Below the pieces are notes generated by a model. It ran no database searches. It worked only from the letters and a program-made list of their open reading frames with translations, and was not told where the DNA came from. Shown in pieces: positions 1 to 10,661 of a DNA stretch of 47,429 bases (position 1 is its first letter; each line of letters opens with the position of its first letter). Made by a program: the position numbers and the translations under genes. This DNA is from Acaryochloridaceae cyanobacterium VAR_48_metabat_390 (GTDB lineage: Bacteria; Cyanobacteriota; Cyanobacteriia; Thermosynechococcales; Thermosynechococcaceae), in the NCBI GenBank assembly GCA_031422435.1, contig JANPLU010000024.1, forward strand, positions 1 to 47,429. Direction: 5' to 3'.

Positions 1-141
1 CAATCGCAAGCTTAAGATTTTTCGGATTCTGGCTGAACGCTATCGTAATCGGCGTAAGCGTTTCGGATTACGATTCAACTTGATTGCCGCGATTATCAAT
101 TTTGAACTTGCACTCTCTCCATGATTCACGCAAGAGGTCTA
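1..141 (+). mobile_element. Right end of an IS5-family (ISL2-group-like) insertion sequence, cut by the window edge
   Basis: Frame 2..124 reads NRKLKIFRILAERYRNRRKRFGLRFNLIAAIINFELALSP*, a typical C-terminus of cyanobacterial IS5/DDE_Tnp_4 transposases. It is followed by CGCAAGAGGTCT(A) at 129-141, resembling their terminal inverted repeat. Confidence 0.8.
2..124 (+). CDS. IS5-family transposase, C-terminal 40 aa (partial, not in ORF track)
   Basis: Manual translation; KIFRIL-ERYRNRR-RFGLRFNLIA motif; TGA at 122-124. Confidence 0.8.
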   Translation, partial: NRKLKIFRILAERYRNRRKRFGLRFNLIAAIINFELALSP

Positions 142-202
142 CTAAACCTCTAGGCAAACAGAGCGCATAAAATAAAAGACAGAACTTACTCAGAGCAAAG
201 CT

Positions 203-1360
203 GTGCAAGAAATAGCCGCCGCGCTAGATGCCTTAAAAATGGATGACTTCCAGTCGCGCTGGGATACTGCCAAACAGCTTGAAGATTGCGGTGAGGAGAT
301 TGTATCGCCCCTGCTAAATCTGCTTAAAGCATCCGAAACTGACCCTGAACTTCAGTGGTTTATTGCAAAAATTTTAGCTTCCTTACGGCATCCAGACGCG
401 ACTTTGGCGCTGGGTCAGCTTCTAGAACATTCAGAAGACGAAGATATCAGGCTCATAGCAGCACAAGGGCTAGCAGAGATGGGCACAGATGCTATTGTCC
501 AACTTTCAGGCGCGTTGAAAGATCCTCTCCGGCAAATGACGGCACTACAGGCGCTCACGCAAATCCATCAGCCTGAAGTAGTGCCGCTGCTGCTAGAGGT
601 GTCTCAAACAGGTTCCGCTGAAGCGCGATCGCTGGCCTTTGAGGCGCTAGATCAGTTTATAGACCCCCGCATTAGTCCCGTCTTGCTCGAGGGGCTAACG
701 GATGTTAGCGCTGAAGTACGGAAAGCGGCGATCGCCAGCCTAGCCGTCCGTACCCAAGAAAATACGGCAATAGACCTCGTTGAGCATCTCATTCCTGCAC
801 TGAATGATGCTGACCTTAGCGTAGCGACCCAAGCGGCAAAAGCAATTGGGCGATTGGGGACAGATTTAGGGGCGATCACCCTAACCCAAAAATGCACTGA
901 ACCCAACTTAGATGTAACACTCCAGCAAACGTTAATTCAGGCGCTGGGTTGGATCGGTTCTGCGGCGGCTCTAGAGGGACTCATGGAAATCTGGCAAACG
1001 CTGGCTCAGCAAACGTCATTCCCAGAGCTGCTAATGCAGGAAATAATGAGCAGCGCTGCTCATTATTCAGAGGCTGCGGAGTGGCTGTTAGAGTTAGTGC
1101 GATCGCCCCTTCTGCAACAGTTACCCAAACTGAGAGCAAACGCAGTGCTAAGCATTGGTCGGGTCGGGTTGCCTGCGTTGCTGCCTCACCTGATAGAACG
1201 CCTCGAAGACCCAGACTACAGCGTGAGGCTTCATGTGGTGGCTGCCTTAAAGCAAATTGATTCAGAGTTGTCACATACCGCCATTGAGCAGCGTATAAGG
1301 GAGGAAAATATTACGCCTCCGTTGGCAGAAGGCTTGGAGATCGCCCTACGAGAGTGGTAG
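203..1360 (+). CDS. HEAT-repeat (PBS lyase HEAT-like) protein
   Basis: 385 aa, GTG start, repeated L.D....VR..A..AL helical units (e.g. GLTDVSAEVRKAAIASL, RLEDPDYSVRLHVVAAL). Confidence 0.85.
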   Translation: MQEIAAALDALKMDDFQSRWDTAKQLEDCGEEIVSPLLNLLKASETDPELQWFIAKILASLRHPDATLALGQLLEHSEDEDIRLIAAQGLAEMGTDAIVQLSGALKDPLRQMTALQALTQIHQPEVVPLLLEVSQTGSAEARSLAFEALDQFIDPRISPVLLEGLTDVSAEVRKAAIASLAVRTQENTAIDLVEHLIPALNDADLSVATQAAKAIGRLGTDLGAITLTQKCTEPNLDVTLQQTLIQALGWIGSAAALEGLMEIWQTLAQQTSFPELLMQEIMSSAAHYSEAAEWLLELVRSPLLQQLPKLRANAVLSIGRVGLPALLPHLIERLEDPDYSVRLHVVAALKQIDSELSHTAIEQRIREENITPPLAEGLEIALREW

Positions 1361-1417
1361 TGCTTCAACTTGAACCCATTAGAATAAGACAAGGTTCTCT
1401 GCAATTGCCGTTTTTCT

Positions 1418-3325
1418 ATGACCACTCCAGCTTCGGTTGAATTTATTGATGCCTTTGATGTCATTGTCGTGGGCGCAGGTCATGCAGGCTGTGAAGCAGC
1501 TCTGGCAACCGCGCGGCTGGGCTGTAAAACGCTGTTGCTGACCTTGAACCTAGACAAAATTGCGTGGCAGCCTTGTAACCCCGCCGTAGGTGGCCCTGCC
1601 AAGTCTCAGCTCACCCATGAGGTTGACGCGCTAGGTGGCGAACTGGGCAAAATGGCCGATCGCACCTATCTGCAAAAGCGCTTGCTCAATAGCTCTCGAG
1701 GCCCAGCGGTATGGGCGCTACGGGCGCAGACCGATAAGCGTGAGTACGCAGCGGTCATGAAGAACATTGTAGAAAATCAGGAGAATCTGACCGTCCGTGA
1801 GGGGATGGTAACGGATTTGGTGTTGGGTGACAATGAAGAAGTGGTGGGGGTTCAAACCTACTTTGGTGTGGCTTTTGAGTGCAAAGCCGTTATTTTAACC
1901 ACAGGCACGTTTTTAGGCGGTCGCATTTGGGTGGGTAATAAGTCGATGGCAGCGGGTCGCGCTGGGGAATTTGCCGCAGAAGAGCTGACGGCAACCCTAA
2001 ACCGTTTGGGCTTTGAAACGGGGCGGTTAAAAACAGGCACCCCCGCACGAGTCGATAAGCGCTCGGTAGACTACAGCAAAATGGAAGAGCAGCCCGCAGA
2101 TGGTGACGTGCGCTGGTTTAGCTTTGATCCTGAAGTGTGGGTCAAAAAAGAGCAGCTCCCCTGCTACATCACCCGCACCACTGCCCTCACTCATCAGCTC
2201 ATTAGAGATAACCTGCACCTGTCGCCCGTGTACGGCGGTTGGGTAGATGCCAAAGGGCCGCGCTACTGCCCCAGTATCGAAGACAAAATCGTGCGCTTTG
2301 CCGATAAAGAAAGCCACCAGATTTTTATTGAGCCAGAAGGGCGAGAGATTCCAGAGCTGTATATCCAGGGGTTTTCAACGGGTCTGCCAGAGACACTGCA
2401 ATTGCAAATGCTGCGATCGCTCCCTGGCCTAGAACACTGCGCCATGCTCCGCCCTGCCTATGCCGTGGAGTATGACTATATTCCGGCAACGCAGTGCTAC
2501 CCCACCCTAATGACCAAAAAAATTGAGGGGCTATTTTGCGCAGGTCAAATTAACGGCACCACGGGCTACGAAGAAGCCGCAGCGCAAGGGCTAGTGGCAG
2601 GCATCAACGCCGCGCGCTTCGTAAACCATCAAGAAATGGTGGTGTTTTCCCGTGAACAGAGCTATCTAGGTACTCTAATGGACGATCTCTGCACCAAAGA
2701 TCTCCGTGAACCTTACCGAATGCTGACGAGCCGCTCAGAGTATCGCCTAATTTTGCGCTCAGATAACGCCGATCAGCGCTTAACGCCCCTGGGTCGAGAG
2801 ATTGGTCTCATTGACGATCGCCGTTGGGCATTGTTCATCCAAAAGCAATCCAACATCACCGCCGAAAAGGAACGGCTCCATTCCACGCGGCTGAAAGAGC
2901 AGGATAAAGTGGGAATGGCGATCGCCGCTGAAACCGAGCAGGCCATTAAAGGCTCAATTACCCTTGCAGATCTACTGCGTCGCCCTAGCATTCACTATGT
3001 CGATTTAGAGCGGTATGGGCTAGGCATCCCAAGTCTGGAAAACTGCGAGAAAGAGGGCGTAGAAATTGAAATTAAATATGCTGGCTACATCAAACGGCAA
3101 GAAAAACAGATCGAGTACACGAGCCGCCAAGAGCATCGTAAGCTGCCTTTTAACCTAGATTACGGAAGCATTCAAACCCTTTCAATGGAAGCCCGTGAAA
3201 AGCTCAATAAGGTTAAGCCCCTCACCATCGGTCAGGCCACCCGCATTGGGGGCGTTAACCCTGCGGACATCAACGCGCTGCTGTTTTATATAGAGACCTC
3301 TGCCCGCCTTGCAGCAAAGTCTTAA
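1418..3325 (+). CDS. mnmG: tRNA U34 5-carboxymethylaminomethyl modification enzyme MnmG (GidA)
   Basis: [17 protein letters not shown] motif, [39 protein letters not shown]. Confidence 0.98.
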   Translation: MTTPASVEFIDAFDVIVVGAGHAGCEAALATARLGCKTLLLTLNLDKIAWQPCNPAVGGPAKSQLTHEVDALGGELGKMADRTYLQKRLLNSSRGPAVWALRAQTDKREYAAVMKNIVENQENLTVREGMVTDLVLGDNEEVVGVQTYFGVAFECKAVILTTGTFLGGRIWVGNKSMAAGRAGEFAAEELTATLNRLGFETGRLKTGTPARVDKRSVDYSKMEEQPADGDVRWFSFDPEVWVKKEQLPCYITRTTALTHQLIRDNLHLSPVYGGWVDAKGPRYCPSIEDKIVRFADKESHQIFIEPEGREIPELYIQGFSTGLPETLQLQMLRSLPGLEHCAMLRPAYAVEYDYIPATQCYPTLMTKKIEGLFCAGQINGTTGYEEAAAQGLVAGINAARFVNHQEMVVFSREQSYLGTLMDDLCTKDLREPYRMLTSRSEYRLILRSDNADQRLTPLGREIGLIDDRRWALFIQKQSNITAEKERLHSTRLKEQDKVGMAIAAETEQAIKGSITLADLLRRPSIHYVDLERYGLGIPSLENCEKEGVEIEIKYAGYIKRQEKQIEYTSRQEHRKLPFNLDYGSIQTLSMEAREKLNKVKPLTIGQATRIGGVNPADINALLFYIETSARLAAKS

Positions 3326-3440
3326 TCAATCCTTGCTCTAACCCACAGGTCTAGAACACTATTTACTCAGAGACCCCTCAGCCTATTTTCAGCCTTGGCG
3401 TCTACTATTAACATGTCCACCCTTCAAAATCCTTGGCGCT

Positions 3441-4136
3441 ATGGCTCTCCGTCGTCTTCTCTCCGTTCGATGGCTTCTTTTAGGTTTACCTGCCGTGGCA
3501 CTTTTAGCAGTGCTAACGGGCGGGGTACCCTACAGCCTATCTAGTTCAAAAACAGCTCAAGTTCTCCCTAACTCCATTGCAGTTTTAACGCCCCCTCGAG
3601 GTAGCCAAACGATTGTTTTGGCAGGAGGATGCTTTTGGGGGATGGAAGGCGTTTTTGAACACCTCAAGGGAGTTTCTAACGTGGTATCTGGCTATGCGGG
3701 CGGTAGCGCCAAAGAAGCTACCTACGAACGGGTCGGGACTGGACAGACTGGACATGCAGAAGCGGTACAGGTCACTTACGATCCGTCACAGATTTCTTAC
3801 GAACAACTGCTGAAGGTTTATTTTGCAGTGGCTCATGACCCTACGCAGCTCAATCGGCAAGGACCGGACTCTGGTACTCAATATCGGTCGGCTATCTTTT
3901 TGAGGGATGATTCGCAAAAGCAGGTGGCTCAAGCCTACATTAAGCAGATCAACAAGACAGGGGCGTTTAAGAGGGCGATCGCTACCCAGATTTCGCCCCT
4001 GACCCAGTTTTATGAAGCAGAAGAATACCATCAAAACTTTATTGCTCGAAACCCAAATTATCCTTACGTGGTAGTGCATGACCTACCCAAAATTAGGCAG
4101 CTTCAAAGCCAGTTCCCGGCGCTCTACAGGCCCTAG
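3441..4136 (+). CDS. msrA: Peptide-methionine (S)-S-oxide reductase MsrA with N-terminal signal/anchor
   Basis: AGGCFWG active site, GHAEAVQV, HDPTQLNRQGPD, AEEYHQ; hydrophobic N-terminus. Confidence 0.95.
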   Translation: MALRRLLSVRWLLLGLPAVALLAVLTGGVPYSLSSSKTAQVLPNSIAVLTPPRGSQTIVLAGGCFWGMEGVFEHLKGVSNVVSGYAGGSAKEATYERVGTGQTGHAEAVQVTYDPSQISYEQLLKVYFAVAHDPTQLNRQGPDSGTQYRSAIFLRDDSQKQVAQAYIKQINKTGAFKRAIATQISPLTQFYEAEEYHQNFIARNPNYPYVVVHDLPKIRQLQSQFPALYRP

Positions 4137-4262
4137 AGCCGAGGCTCAAGGTTAATTATGGGCGCACTACAAACAGGTTTCCGAGAAAAAAGAATCACAG
4201 CACACTAAACTAAGGAATATAGACCTTGATGCACACTGGTTAGAGAACACTGCAATAACTGA

Positions 4263-4646
4263 ATGCTTTCTTTGTTAGAACAACAAACCGCGATCAACGA
4301 TAAATTGTCTCAGCGCTTTATTGCACTGGATCCGAGCGGATATTTTATTATCTACATCGACACAGAAACTTCCCTAATTCACGCAAAGCACTTTACCAAT
4401 GCCATCAATGAGAAAGGGTTGGCAGTGGATCCAAAAACAGGGGACCCGTTCCTCTGTGGCGTCAAAGTAGAACGCCATCCCACGGCTATTTTTCAGGCGC
4501 ACACCGCGAAGGAACTCTGCATTCAAATCTTTGAAACACCAGAAGTTTCTTTGGTCACGAAGCTTGACCATGCCGCCTACCTAGGACGGGAATTTGTGCG
4601 AGCGGAGCTTGCCTTAGCGATGGGTCAAGGGTACGTTCAAGATTAA
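4263..4646 (+). CDS. DUF4346 family protein
   Basis: LDPSGYFIIY and LDHAAYLGRE...AE.AL..G..YVQD motifs. Confidence 0.85.
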   Translation: MLSLLEQQTAINDKLSQRFIALDPSGYFIIYIDTETSLIHAKHFTNAINEKGLAVDPKTGDPFLCGVKVERHPTAIFQAHTAKELCIQIFETPEVSLVTKLDHAAYLGREFVRAELALAMGQGYVQD

Positions 4647-4679
4647 GGTGATTTTTCCTATCAGTGCAGGAGACTTGTT

Positions 4680-5630
4680 TTGACCCATTCATCGGTGGCG
4701 CGATCGCAGACTGCCACCCTCTCTTCTAAGCCTATTCAAATTGCCGTTGTGGGAGATGTCCACAGTCAGTGGGATGAGCGCGATGAGTCGGCGTTGATTT
4801 CCTTAGGGGTTGATTTAGCCCTATTTGTAGGCGACTTTGGTAACGAAGCCGTCGAGATTGTTGAGCAGGTAGCTGAAATGTCAATCCCTGTCGCAGTGGC
4901 GCTGGGGAATCATGACGCCTGGTATAGCGCCACGGTTTGGGGTCGTCAAAAGTGTCCCTACGACCGCCGCTATGAAGACCGAGTACAGCAGCAGATGGAG
5001 GCGTTGGGCATTGCCCATATTGGCTACAGTCAGCGAGATTTTCCGCAGATGCAGTTTGGGGTTGTGGGGGGGAGACCCTTTAGTTGGGGCGGCCCAGATT
5101 GGAAACATAGCGATTTTTACTCAGACCGCTTTGATGTACATTCCATGCAGGAGTCGTGTGATCGCATTGTGCAGGCGGCTCAGCAGTCGCGGTGCGAAAC
5201 CCTCCTTTTTGTAAGTCACAACGGCCCGATGGGCTTAGGTGATCGCCCAGAAGACCCCTGTGGTCGAGACTGGATGCCCATTGGGGGCGACTACGGCGAC
5301 CCCGATTTGCAGAAGGCGATCGCCACGGTTAAAGCAACAGGTAAGCGGGTAGCATTGGTGACGTTTGGGCACATGCACCATACCCTACGCCACACGCGAC
5401 AGCAGCTCCGTAAACGAGTCCATGTGGGAGAAGATGGAACGGTATATCTCAACGCCGCCTGTGTGCCTAGAGTTTTAGAGAAAGACGGCATCAGCTATCG
5501 CAATTTTTCGCTGGTGAGTTTACTGGCAGGTCAAGTGACTCAAATTCAGTCGGTGTGGGCGTCTTGCGAAGGGGCGATCGCCGCCGAAGAACTGCTCTAT
5601 ACACAGCCACCCTGCCCGTCCTACCCCTAG
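4680..5630 (+). CDS. TIGR04168-family (DevT-like) metallophosphoesterase
   Basis: GDVH, GDFGNE, GNHD, SHNGP and FGHMH calcineurin-like motifs; TTG start after AGGAG. Confidence 0.88.
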   Translation: MTHSSVARSQTATLSSKPIQIAVVGDVHSQWDERDESALISLGVDLALFVGDFGNEAVEIVEQVAEMSIPVAVALGNHDAWYSATVWGRQKCPYDRRYEDRVQQQMEALGIAHIGYSQRDFPQMQFGVVGGRPFSWGGPDWKHSDFYSDRFDVHSMQESCDRIVQAAQQSRCETLLFVSHNGPMGLGDRPEDPCGRDWMPIGGDYGDPDLQKAIATVKATGKRVALVTFGHMHHTLRHTRQQLRKRVHVGEDGTVYLNAACVPRVLEKDGISYRNFSLVSLLAGQVTQIQSVWASCEGAIAAEELLYTQPPCPSYP

Positions 5631-5706
5631 AACCCTGACGAGATACTTCACCGCTGCACAATTTCACGGCACAATAGCGGAAGAGTAACCCTTGTGAGCA
5701 GCCGAT

Positions 5707-6099
5707 ATGTCTCGTGATGTGATTCAAACCCCTTTAGCACCAGCCCCCGTCGGCCCCTATAACCAAGCCATTCGCACCAGTGGCGTCATGGTGTTCTGCT
5801 CTGGACAAATTGCCCTCGACCCCACGACGGGCAAAATTGTAGGGCAGGGTGATGTAGCGCAGCAGACTGTACAGGTAATGCAGAACTTAGAGGCGGTTTT
5901 AAAAGCGGCGGGTGCAGGGTGGACAGACGTGGTCAAAACGACGGTCTTTTTAGCAGACATGAATGACTTTGCAACCGTCAATGAAATCTATTCCCGCTAT
6001 TTTGATGAGGCTACCGCGCCTGCCCGTGCCTGTGTAGAGGTGGCACGCCTGCCGAAAGATGTGCAGGTAGAAGTGGACTGCATTGCAGTAGTGAGCTGA
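5707..6099 (+). CDS. ridA: RidA/YjgF enamine-imine deaminase
   Basis: APVGPYNQA, SGQIALDP, VVKTTVFL, PARACVEVARLP. Confidence 0.93.
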   Translation: MSRDVIQTPLAPAPVGPYNQAIRTSGVMVFCSGQIALDPTTGKIVGQGDVAQQTVQVMQNLEAVLKAAGAGWTDVVKTTVFLADMNDFATVNEIYSRYFDEATAPARACVEVARLPKDVQVEVDCIAVVS

Positions 6100-6122
6100 C
6101 TTTATCCCTAAGTGTCAGCTTT
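6094..6122. terminator. Hairpin at the ridA 3' end, between convergent genes
   Basis: AGCTGAC (6094-6100) pairs with GTCAGCT (6114-6120); short T run follows. Confidence 0.4.
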
Positions 6123-6231
6123 AGCGTAAGGCCTGTGCTACCCAACGTTTATGGGAAATAGTGCCAATAATGTTCCCAAGCAACGACAAGAGACCTCCAT
6201 ACAGATTTCTTCAATTCAGCATCTTAAATCA

Positions 6232-6441
6232 CTAATGTGGGAGGTCATCGACAGCTTTTTCCATTTTGCCATCAGGGTTCTGAGACTTTAACTTTGGCGA
6301 TAGCCCAATCAAAAATTGGTTAATCGAGGTGCGGGTATTAAGACTAATACTGCTGAGGGGGTTGGGTAAAACGCGATCGCCAAAGCCAATAAAAATAAAG
6401 GCAATAAAGCCCAACGGCAAAGCCAGCTTTTTGAAATCCAT
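6232..6441 (-). CDS. Small hypothetical membrane protein (69 aa)
   Basis: N-terminal hydrophobic segment and a FIGFGD.VLP.PL motif seen in conserved cyanobacterial small proteins; GGGA upstream of ATG. Confidence 0.7.
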   Translation of the reverse strand: MDFKKLALPLGFIAFIFIGFGDRVLPNPLSSISLNTRTSINQFLIGLSPKLKSQNPDGKMEKAVDDLPH

Positions 6442-6549
6442 GACGGCGTAAGTTCCCTACTAATGAACTGTAGCTGTTTCTAGCGGTTCAACTAACAGCT
6501 CTATGCCTAGGGTACCCACCCTCATGAATAGATAAGACGCGTTCAAACG

Positions 6550-8739
6550 CTATCGCACCGCCGCCGCTGCTTCAGGTCTTTGAGCTTGCTCTAGCTCCAC
6601 TTTTGAAAGCGGCACGAGCTGCACCGCGCAGGCTTTCAATTCAGGCTGTTTTGAATCAGGACAGGCCGCCGAATGGGTCATCGCATTCGCTTCTGCGTCC
6701 TCCGCCCAGAGTTCACCCCAGTGCATGGGGACAAATACCGTACCAGGGGCAATTCCCTTGGTGATGGTGACGGGGAAACGGGCAGAGCCACGCCGCGATC
6801 GCACTTCCACCCATTCATGATCCTGCACTCCAATATGCCCCGCATCCTTAGGATGGATTTCAATGAACGGCTCTGGGTGCATCTTGCGAATCTTAGGAAT
6901 GCGACCTGTGCGCGATTGGGTATGCCAATGACCATAAAGCCGCCCATTGGTCAGCACAAAAGGGTAGCTATCATCGGGGAGTTCTGCTAGCCCTCTCGAA
7001 TGCACTGCTGCAAACCTAGCCCTTCCATCCGGCGTATAAAATTTCAGGTCGGTGTAGAGGCGTTTTGAAGATAGCGCCGTTTTGCCTTTTGGGTAAGGCC
7101 ACTGAAGCGGCCCTTCTACCCGCAGTCGCTGATGGCTTAACCCCGACTGATCGCAAGGTCGATTCTGGGTGATTTGGGCAAATTCCGCATAAACGTCTGC
7201 CGCGCTGCTAAAGGCAAACTGCTTGGCAAAGCCAAGTCGCCGCCCCACATCCGCAAAAATTTCCCAGTCGGGTCGTGCTTCCCCAGGTGGGGAGCGAAAC
7301 GCAGGGCAGAGCGTCACCCGCCGCTCGGAGTTGACCATAATGCCCGATTTTTCACTGAACTGAGCCGCAGGCAGCAGCACATGGGCATAGGCCGACATTT
7401 CAGTGGGAAAGTAGGCATCTTGATAGACCGTAAACGCAGACTTGCGAAAAGCCGCTTTAGTGCGCTCAATATCGGGCATACTCACCACGGGGTTGGTGGC
7501 TGCCACCCAGATCATCTGCACCTCACCAGACTCTAGCCCCGTAATCATATCCCAGGCTGTTTTGCCAGGTTTCGCCGCAATGCGTCCGGCAGGTAAGTCC
7601 CACACGGCCTCAACCTCGGCACGATGTTGAGGATTCATCACCGAGCGATATCCAGGCAGCAGATGCGACAACCCACCCGCTTCTCGACCGCCCATTGCAT
7701 TGGGCTGACCCGTCAGAGAAAAAGGCCCTGCACCAGGTTTGCCAATCTGGCTCGTCATCAGATGCAGATTGATGATGGAGCGCACCTTAGCCGTGCCCTC
7801 TGAAGACTGATTAATGCCCATTGACCATAGCGAGAGAACCCGCTCAGATTCTCCCCACCAGACTGCCGCCTTTTTCAAGTCTGAAATGCTAATGCCGCAG
7901 CGCCGACTCACCACTTCTGGCGTGTAGTGCTGCACAACCTCTGCATAGGCAGCAAACCCACTCGTACACTCATCAATAAATTCAGGGTCAATTTTGCCGC
8001 GACTCATCAGAAAATGAGCGATGCCGTGGAGCAAATCAATGTCGGTGCCTGGGTTGATTGCCAAGTGCAGATCGGCTGCTTCAGCGGTTTGGGTGCGGCG
8101 GGGATCAACCACAATGAGCTTAATGGCACGGCTTGTTTTATGGTGCTTACGGAGTCGGTTAAATAAGATGGGGTGGCACTCGGCGGTATTGGTGCCAATT
8201 AAAAACGCGCAGTCGGTAAGGTCAAGATCTTCGTAGCAGCAGGGTGGGCCATCCGCGCCAAAGCTCTGGGTATAGCCTGCAACTGCTGAAGACATGCATA
8301 GGCGAGAGTTTGCGTCAAAATTATTGGTGCCCAAACAGCCTTTCATCAGCTTTTGGGCAATATAGTAGTCTTCAGTCTGGAACTGTCCAGAACCGTACAT
8401 ACAAATAGAATCAGCCCTTCCGGTTAATCGAAGAGTCTGCATTCTTGCGGTAATTTGATTCAATGCCTCATCCCAGCTTACCCGCTGAAATGGCTCGTTT
8501 AAAGAGCGCCGCATCATGGGGTAGCGGAGCCGATCTTTGTGGAGCGGTTCGGCAATGGTTGCGCCCTTCACACACACCATTCCCTGACTTGACGGATGGG
8601 TGCGATCGCCCCTAACCTGCCAAATTGGAACCCCTTCTGAATCTCGCGTCGTGGGTTTGCCAGCCTGAGCTGGGGGCAGCATTTCTAGGCCACAACCCAC
8701 TCCGCAATAAGGGCACAAGGTTTTGGTAGTATCGCTCAT
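6550..8739 (-). CDS. narB: Ferredoxin-dependent assimilatory nitrate reductase NarB
   Basis: CPYCGVGCG...CVKG [4Fe-4S] motif, [36 protein letters not shown]. Confidence 0.97.
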   Translation of the reverse strand: MSDTTKTLCPYCGVGCGLEMLPPAQAGKPTTRDSEGVPIWQVRGDRTHPSSQGMVCVKGATIAEPLHKDRLRYPMMRRSLNEPFQRVSWDEALNQITARMQTLRLTGRADSICMYGSGQFQTEDYYIAQKLMKGCLGTNNFDANSRLCMSSAVAGYTQSFGADGPPCCYEDLDLTDCAFLIGTNTAECHPILFNRLRKHHKTSRAIKLIVVDPRRTQTAEAADLHLAINPGTDIDLLHGIAHFLMSRGKIDPEFIDECTSGFAAYAEVVQHYTPEVVSRRCGISISDLKKAAVWWGESERVLSLWSMGINQSSEGTAKVRSIINLHLMTSQIGKPGAGPFSLTGQPNAMGGREAGGLSHLLPGYRSVMNPQHRAEVEAVWDLPAGRIAAKPGKTAWDMITGLESGEVQMIWVAATNPVVSMPDIERTKAAFRKSAFTVYQDAYFPTEMSAYAHVLLPAAQFSEKSGIMVNSERRVTLCPAFRSPPGEARPDWEIFADVGRRLGFAKQFAFSSAADVYAEFAQITQNRPCDQSGLSHQRLRVEGPLQWPYPKGKTALSSKRLYTDLKFYTPDGRARFAAVHSRGLAELPDDSYPFVLTNGRLYGHWHTQSRTGRIPKIRKMHPEPFIEIHPKDAGHIGVQDHEWVEVRSRRGSARFPVTITKGIAPGTVFVPMHWGELWAEDAEANAMTHSAACPDSKQPELKACAVQLVPLSKVELEQAQRPEAAAAVR

Positions 8740-8775
8740 TCCGCTTCCATCGTAATTAATCTGTATCTACCGCCG

Positions 8776-9096
8776 TTAGTCTGAGCGTACCTGTAAGGTA
8801 CGGCAGAGGACGTACTCAGGGGGGGTAATGCTGAGGGTCGGACTTTTGTAGATTTCCAGCATGGATTCAGGGGGTGCTTCAAACATAAAGTTTTGAGCCG
8901 GAAACAAAATGTGTTCCCAGTCTCCTTCAGAGAGATGGCTCAGCCGTACTACCTGAATCCGCTTTGTTGCATTGACGTAGCAGCACAGAATCGGATCCGA
9001 TAGAACCACAGGAGTATCTTGATTCAGATCTCCTGCTTGCTCAATTTCTGCGGTTAAATCATGGATGGTTTCTGCTGCAAATTCTTGCATCATCAC
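8776..9096 (-). CDS. DUF1830 family protein
   Basis: ILCCYVNAT..IQVVR...E.ILFP.Q..MFEAPPE..LEIY signature; GAGGTG RBS. Confidence 0.85.
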   Translation of the reverse strand: MMMQEFAAETIHDLTAEIEQAGDLNQDTPVVLSDPILCCYVNATKRIQVVRLSHLSEGDWEHILFPAQNFMFEAPPESMLEIYKSPTLSITPPEYVLCRTLQVRSD

Positions 9097-9137
9097 CTCA
9101 CCTGTTGATAGTACATGTATGCAAATTCCAGTTAAGC

Positions 9138-10649
9138 CTATTCTTGCTCTCGCAAGATAGCTGGGACTGTATTGTGCGCTACGACCGCGCTGTCGGGCTG
9201 ATCGTAATCTTCAGCAAAAGATCCTTTCGGCTCTTTCAAGAAAAAAGCGCACAGGCTGGCACAAACAAGGGCTGAAATGCCCATGACCGCAAACAGCGTT
9301 TGGGCATTGGTGAGGCTAAAAATAGTCAGGAAAACAACACCGCCAAAATTGCCGTAAGCACCCACGTTGCCCGCAATTTGACCCGTAGCTTCTTTTTTGA
9401 TTAGCGGCACAATGCCGTAGGTGGCACCACAGCCTGCTTGAGCAAAATAGGCGGCAAACATGGTTGCGGCGATCGCCAAGGGAATGGGCCAGCTTGGACG
9501 AATGCTGTAGGTCATCAAATAGCCGATGCCGATGCCAACGCTAATAAAGGTCATCGTCCATTTACGGGAGCCAAACTTATCAGAAATGAGTCCGCCACTG
9601 GGTCGAGACACGAGATTCATGAAGGGATAGGCCGCCGCAATCATGCCAGCGGCAACATGCTCGAGGCCAAAGGTTTTTTCAAAAAAGGTCGGCAGCATGG
9701 AGACAGCCGCTAGTTCTGAACCAAAGTTTGTGACGTAGGTTAGCTCTAGCAACGCCACCTGCCGGAACTGATAGCGTTCTGTGGGGCTGTAGATTTTTTG
9801 CCCTGTGAGCAGTTCTCGATTCACCTGCCAAGCCTCATAGGTTTGATAGGCGTATAGCCCTGCTAGTAAGACCCAAATAAAGATCATCTGAGCATCATTG
9901 AGGAAGTCGAGAGCTGGTCGTGCCAGTCGCCAAGCCAGTAGCCCAAGGGCAAAAATTAAGCCAAAGTTCATCACCAGCATGGCGTAGAAGCTTTTGACAC
10001 TGGTGACTTCTAAGGCGCCGCTTTTTTTGGGCTTCTTGTAGGTTTTGCCAGGGGGTGTATCTTCAACCGTTTTGATGTAAATTGCGCCATAGATGGCGGC
10101 AACAATGCCAGTTAGGGCGATCGCAAAGCGCCAGTTAGACGCACCGCCTGACATAAAGCTTGCGCCAATCGCAAGAACTGGGAGGGCAAATTCTGCACCA
10201 AACGCGCCAAAGTTGCCCCAACCGCCGTAGACTCCTTCGGCAATACCAATCTCTTTAGGCGGAAACCACTCCGACACCATCCGAATGCCCACCACAAAGC
10301 CAGCGCCCACAATGCCCATGAGTAAACGACCCACCACAAGCTGGGTGAAACCCTGGGCGGTTGCCGTCACCGCACAAGGCACTACCGCAAACATCAAAAT
10401 GAAGGCGTAGGTGCGTCTTGGTCCAAAGCGATCCAGCAGCATCCCAATAATGATGCGGGCTGGAATGGTGAGCGCCAAGTTGCAGATGGCTAGGGTTTTA
10501 ATGTGTTCGGGGCTGATGCTTAGCTCTTTGCCAATGGTGGTGGCAAAGGGTGCAAAGTTAAACCAGCACACAAACGACAAGAAGAACGCAAACCAAGTGA
10601 GGTGAAGAACACGGTAGCGCCCGTTAAAAGAGAGTAAGCCTTTGAGCAT
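9138..10649 (-). CDS. nrtP: MFS nitrate/nitrite transporter NrtP (NNP family)
   Basis: LHLTWFAFFLSFVCWFNFAP, GWGNFG, NFGSELAAVSMLP, GNVGAYGNFGG nitrate signatures; multi-TM MFS. Confidence 0.95.
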   Translation of the reverse strand: MLKGLLSFNGRYRVLHLTWFAFFLSFVCWFNFAPFATTIGKELSISPEHIKTLAICNLALTIPARIIIGMLLDRFGPRRTYAFILMFAVVPCAVTATAQGFTQLVVGRLLMGIVGAGFVVGIRMVSEWFPPKEIGIAEGVYGGWGNFGAFGAEFALPVLAIGASFMSGGASNWRFAIALTGIVAAIYGAIYIKTVEDTPPGKTYKKPKKSGALEVTSVKSFYAMLVMNFGLIFALGLLAWRLARPALDFLNDAQMIFIWVLLAGLYAYQTYEAWQVNRELLTGQKIYSPTERYQFRQVALLELTYVTNFGSELAAVSMLPTFFEKTFGLEHVAAGMIAAAYPFMNLVSRPSGGLISDKFGSRKWTMTFISVGIGIGYLMTYSIRPSWPIPLAIAATMFAAYFAQAGCGATYGIVPLIKKEATGQIAGNVGAYGNFGGVVFLTIFSLTNAQTLFAVMGISALVCASLCAFFLKEPKGSFAEDYDQPDSAVVAHNTVPAILREQE

Positions 10650-10661
10650 GAGTAAAAAACG

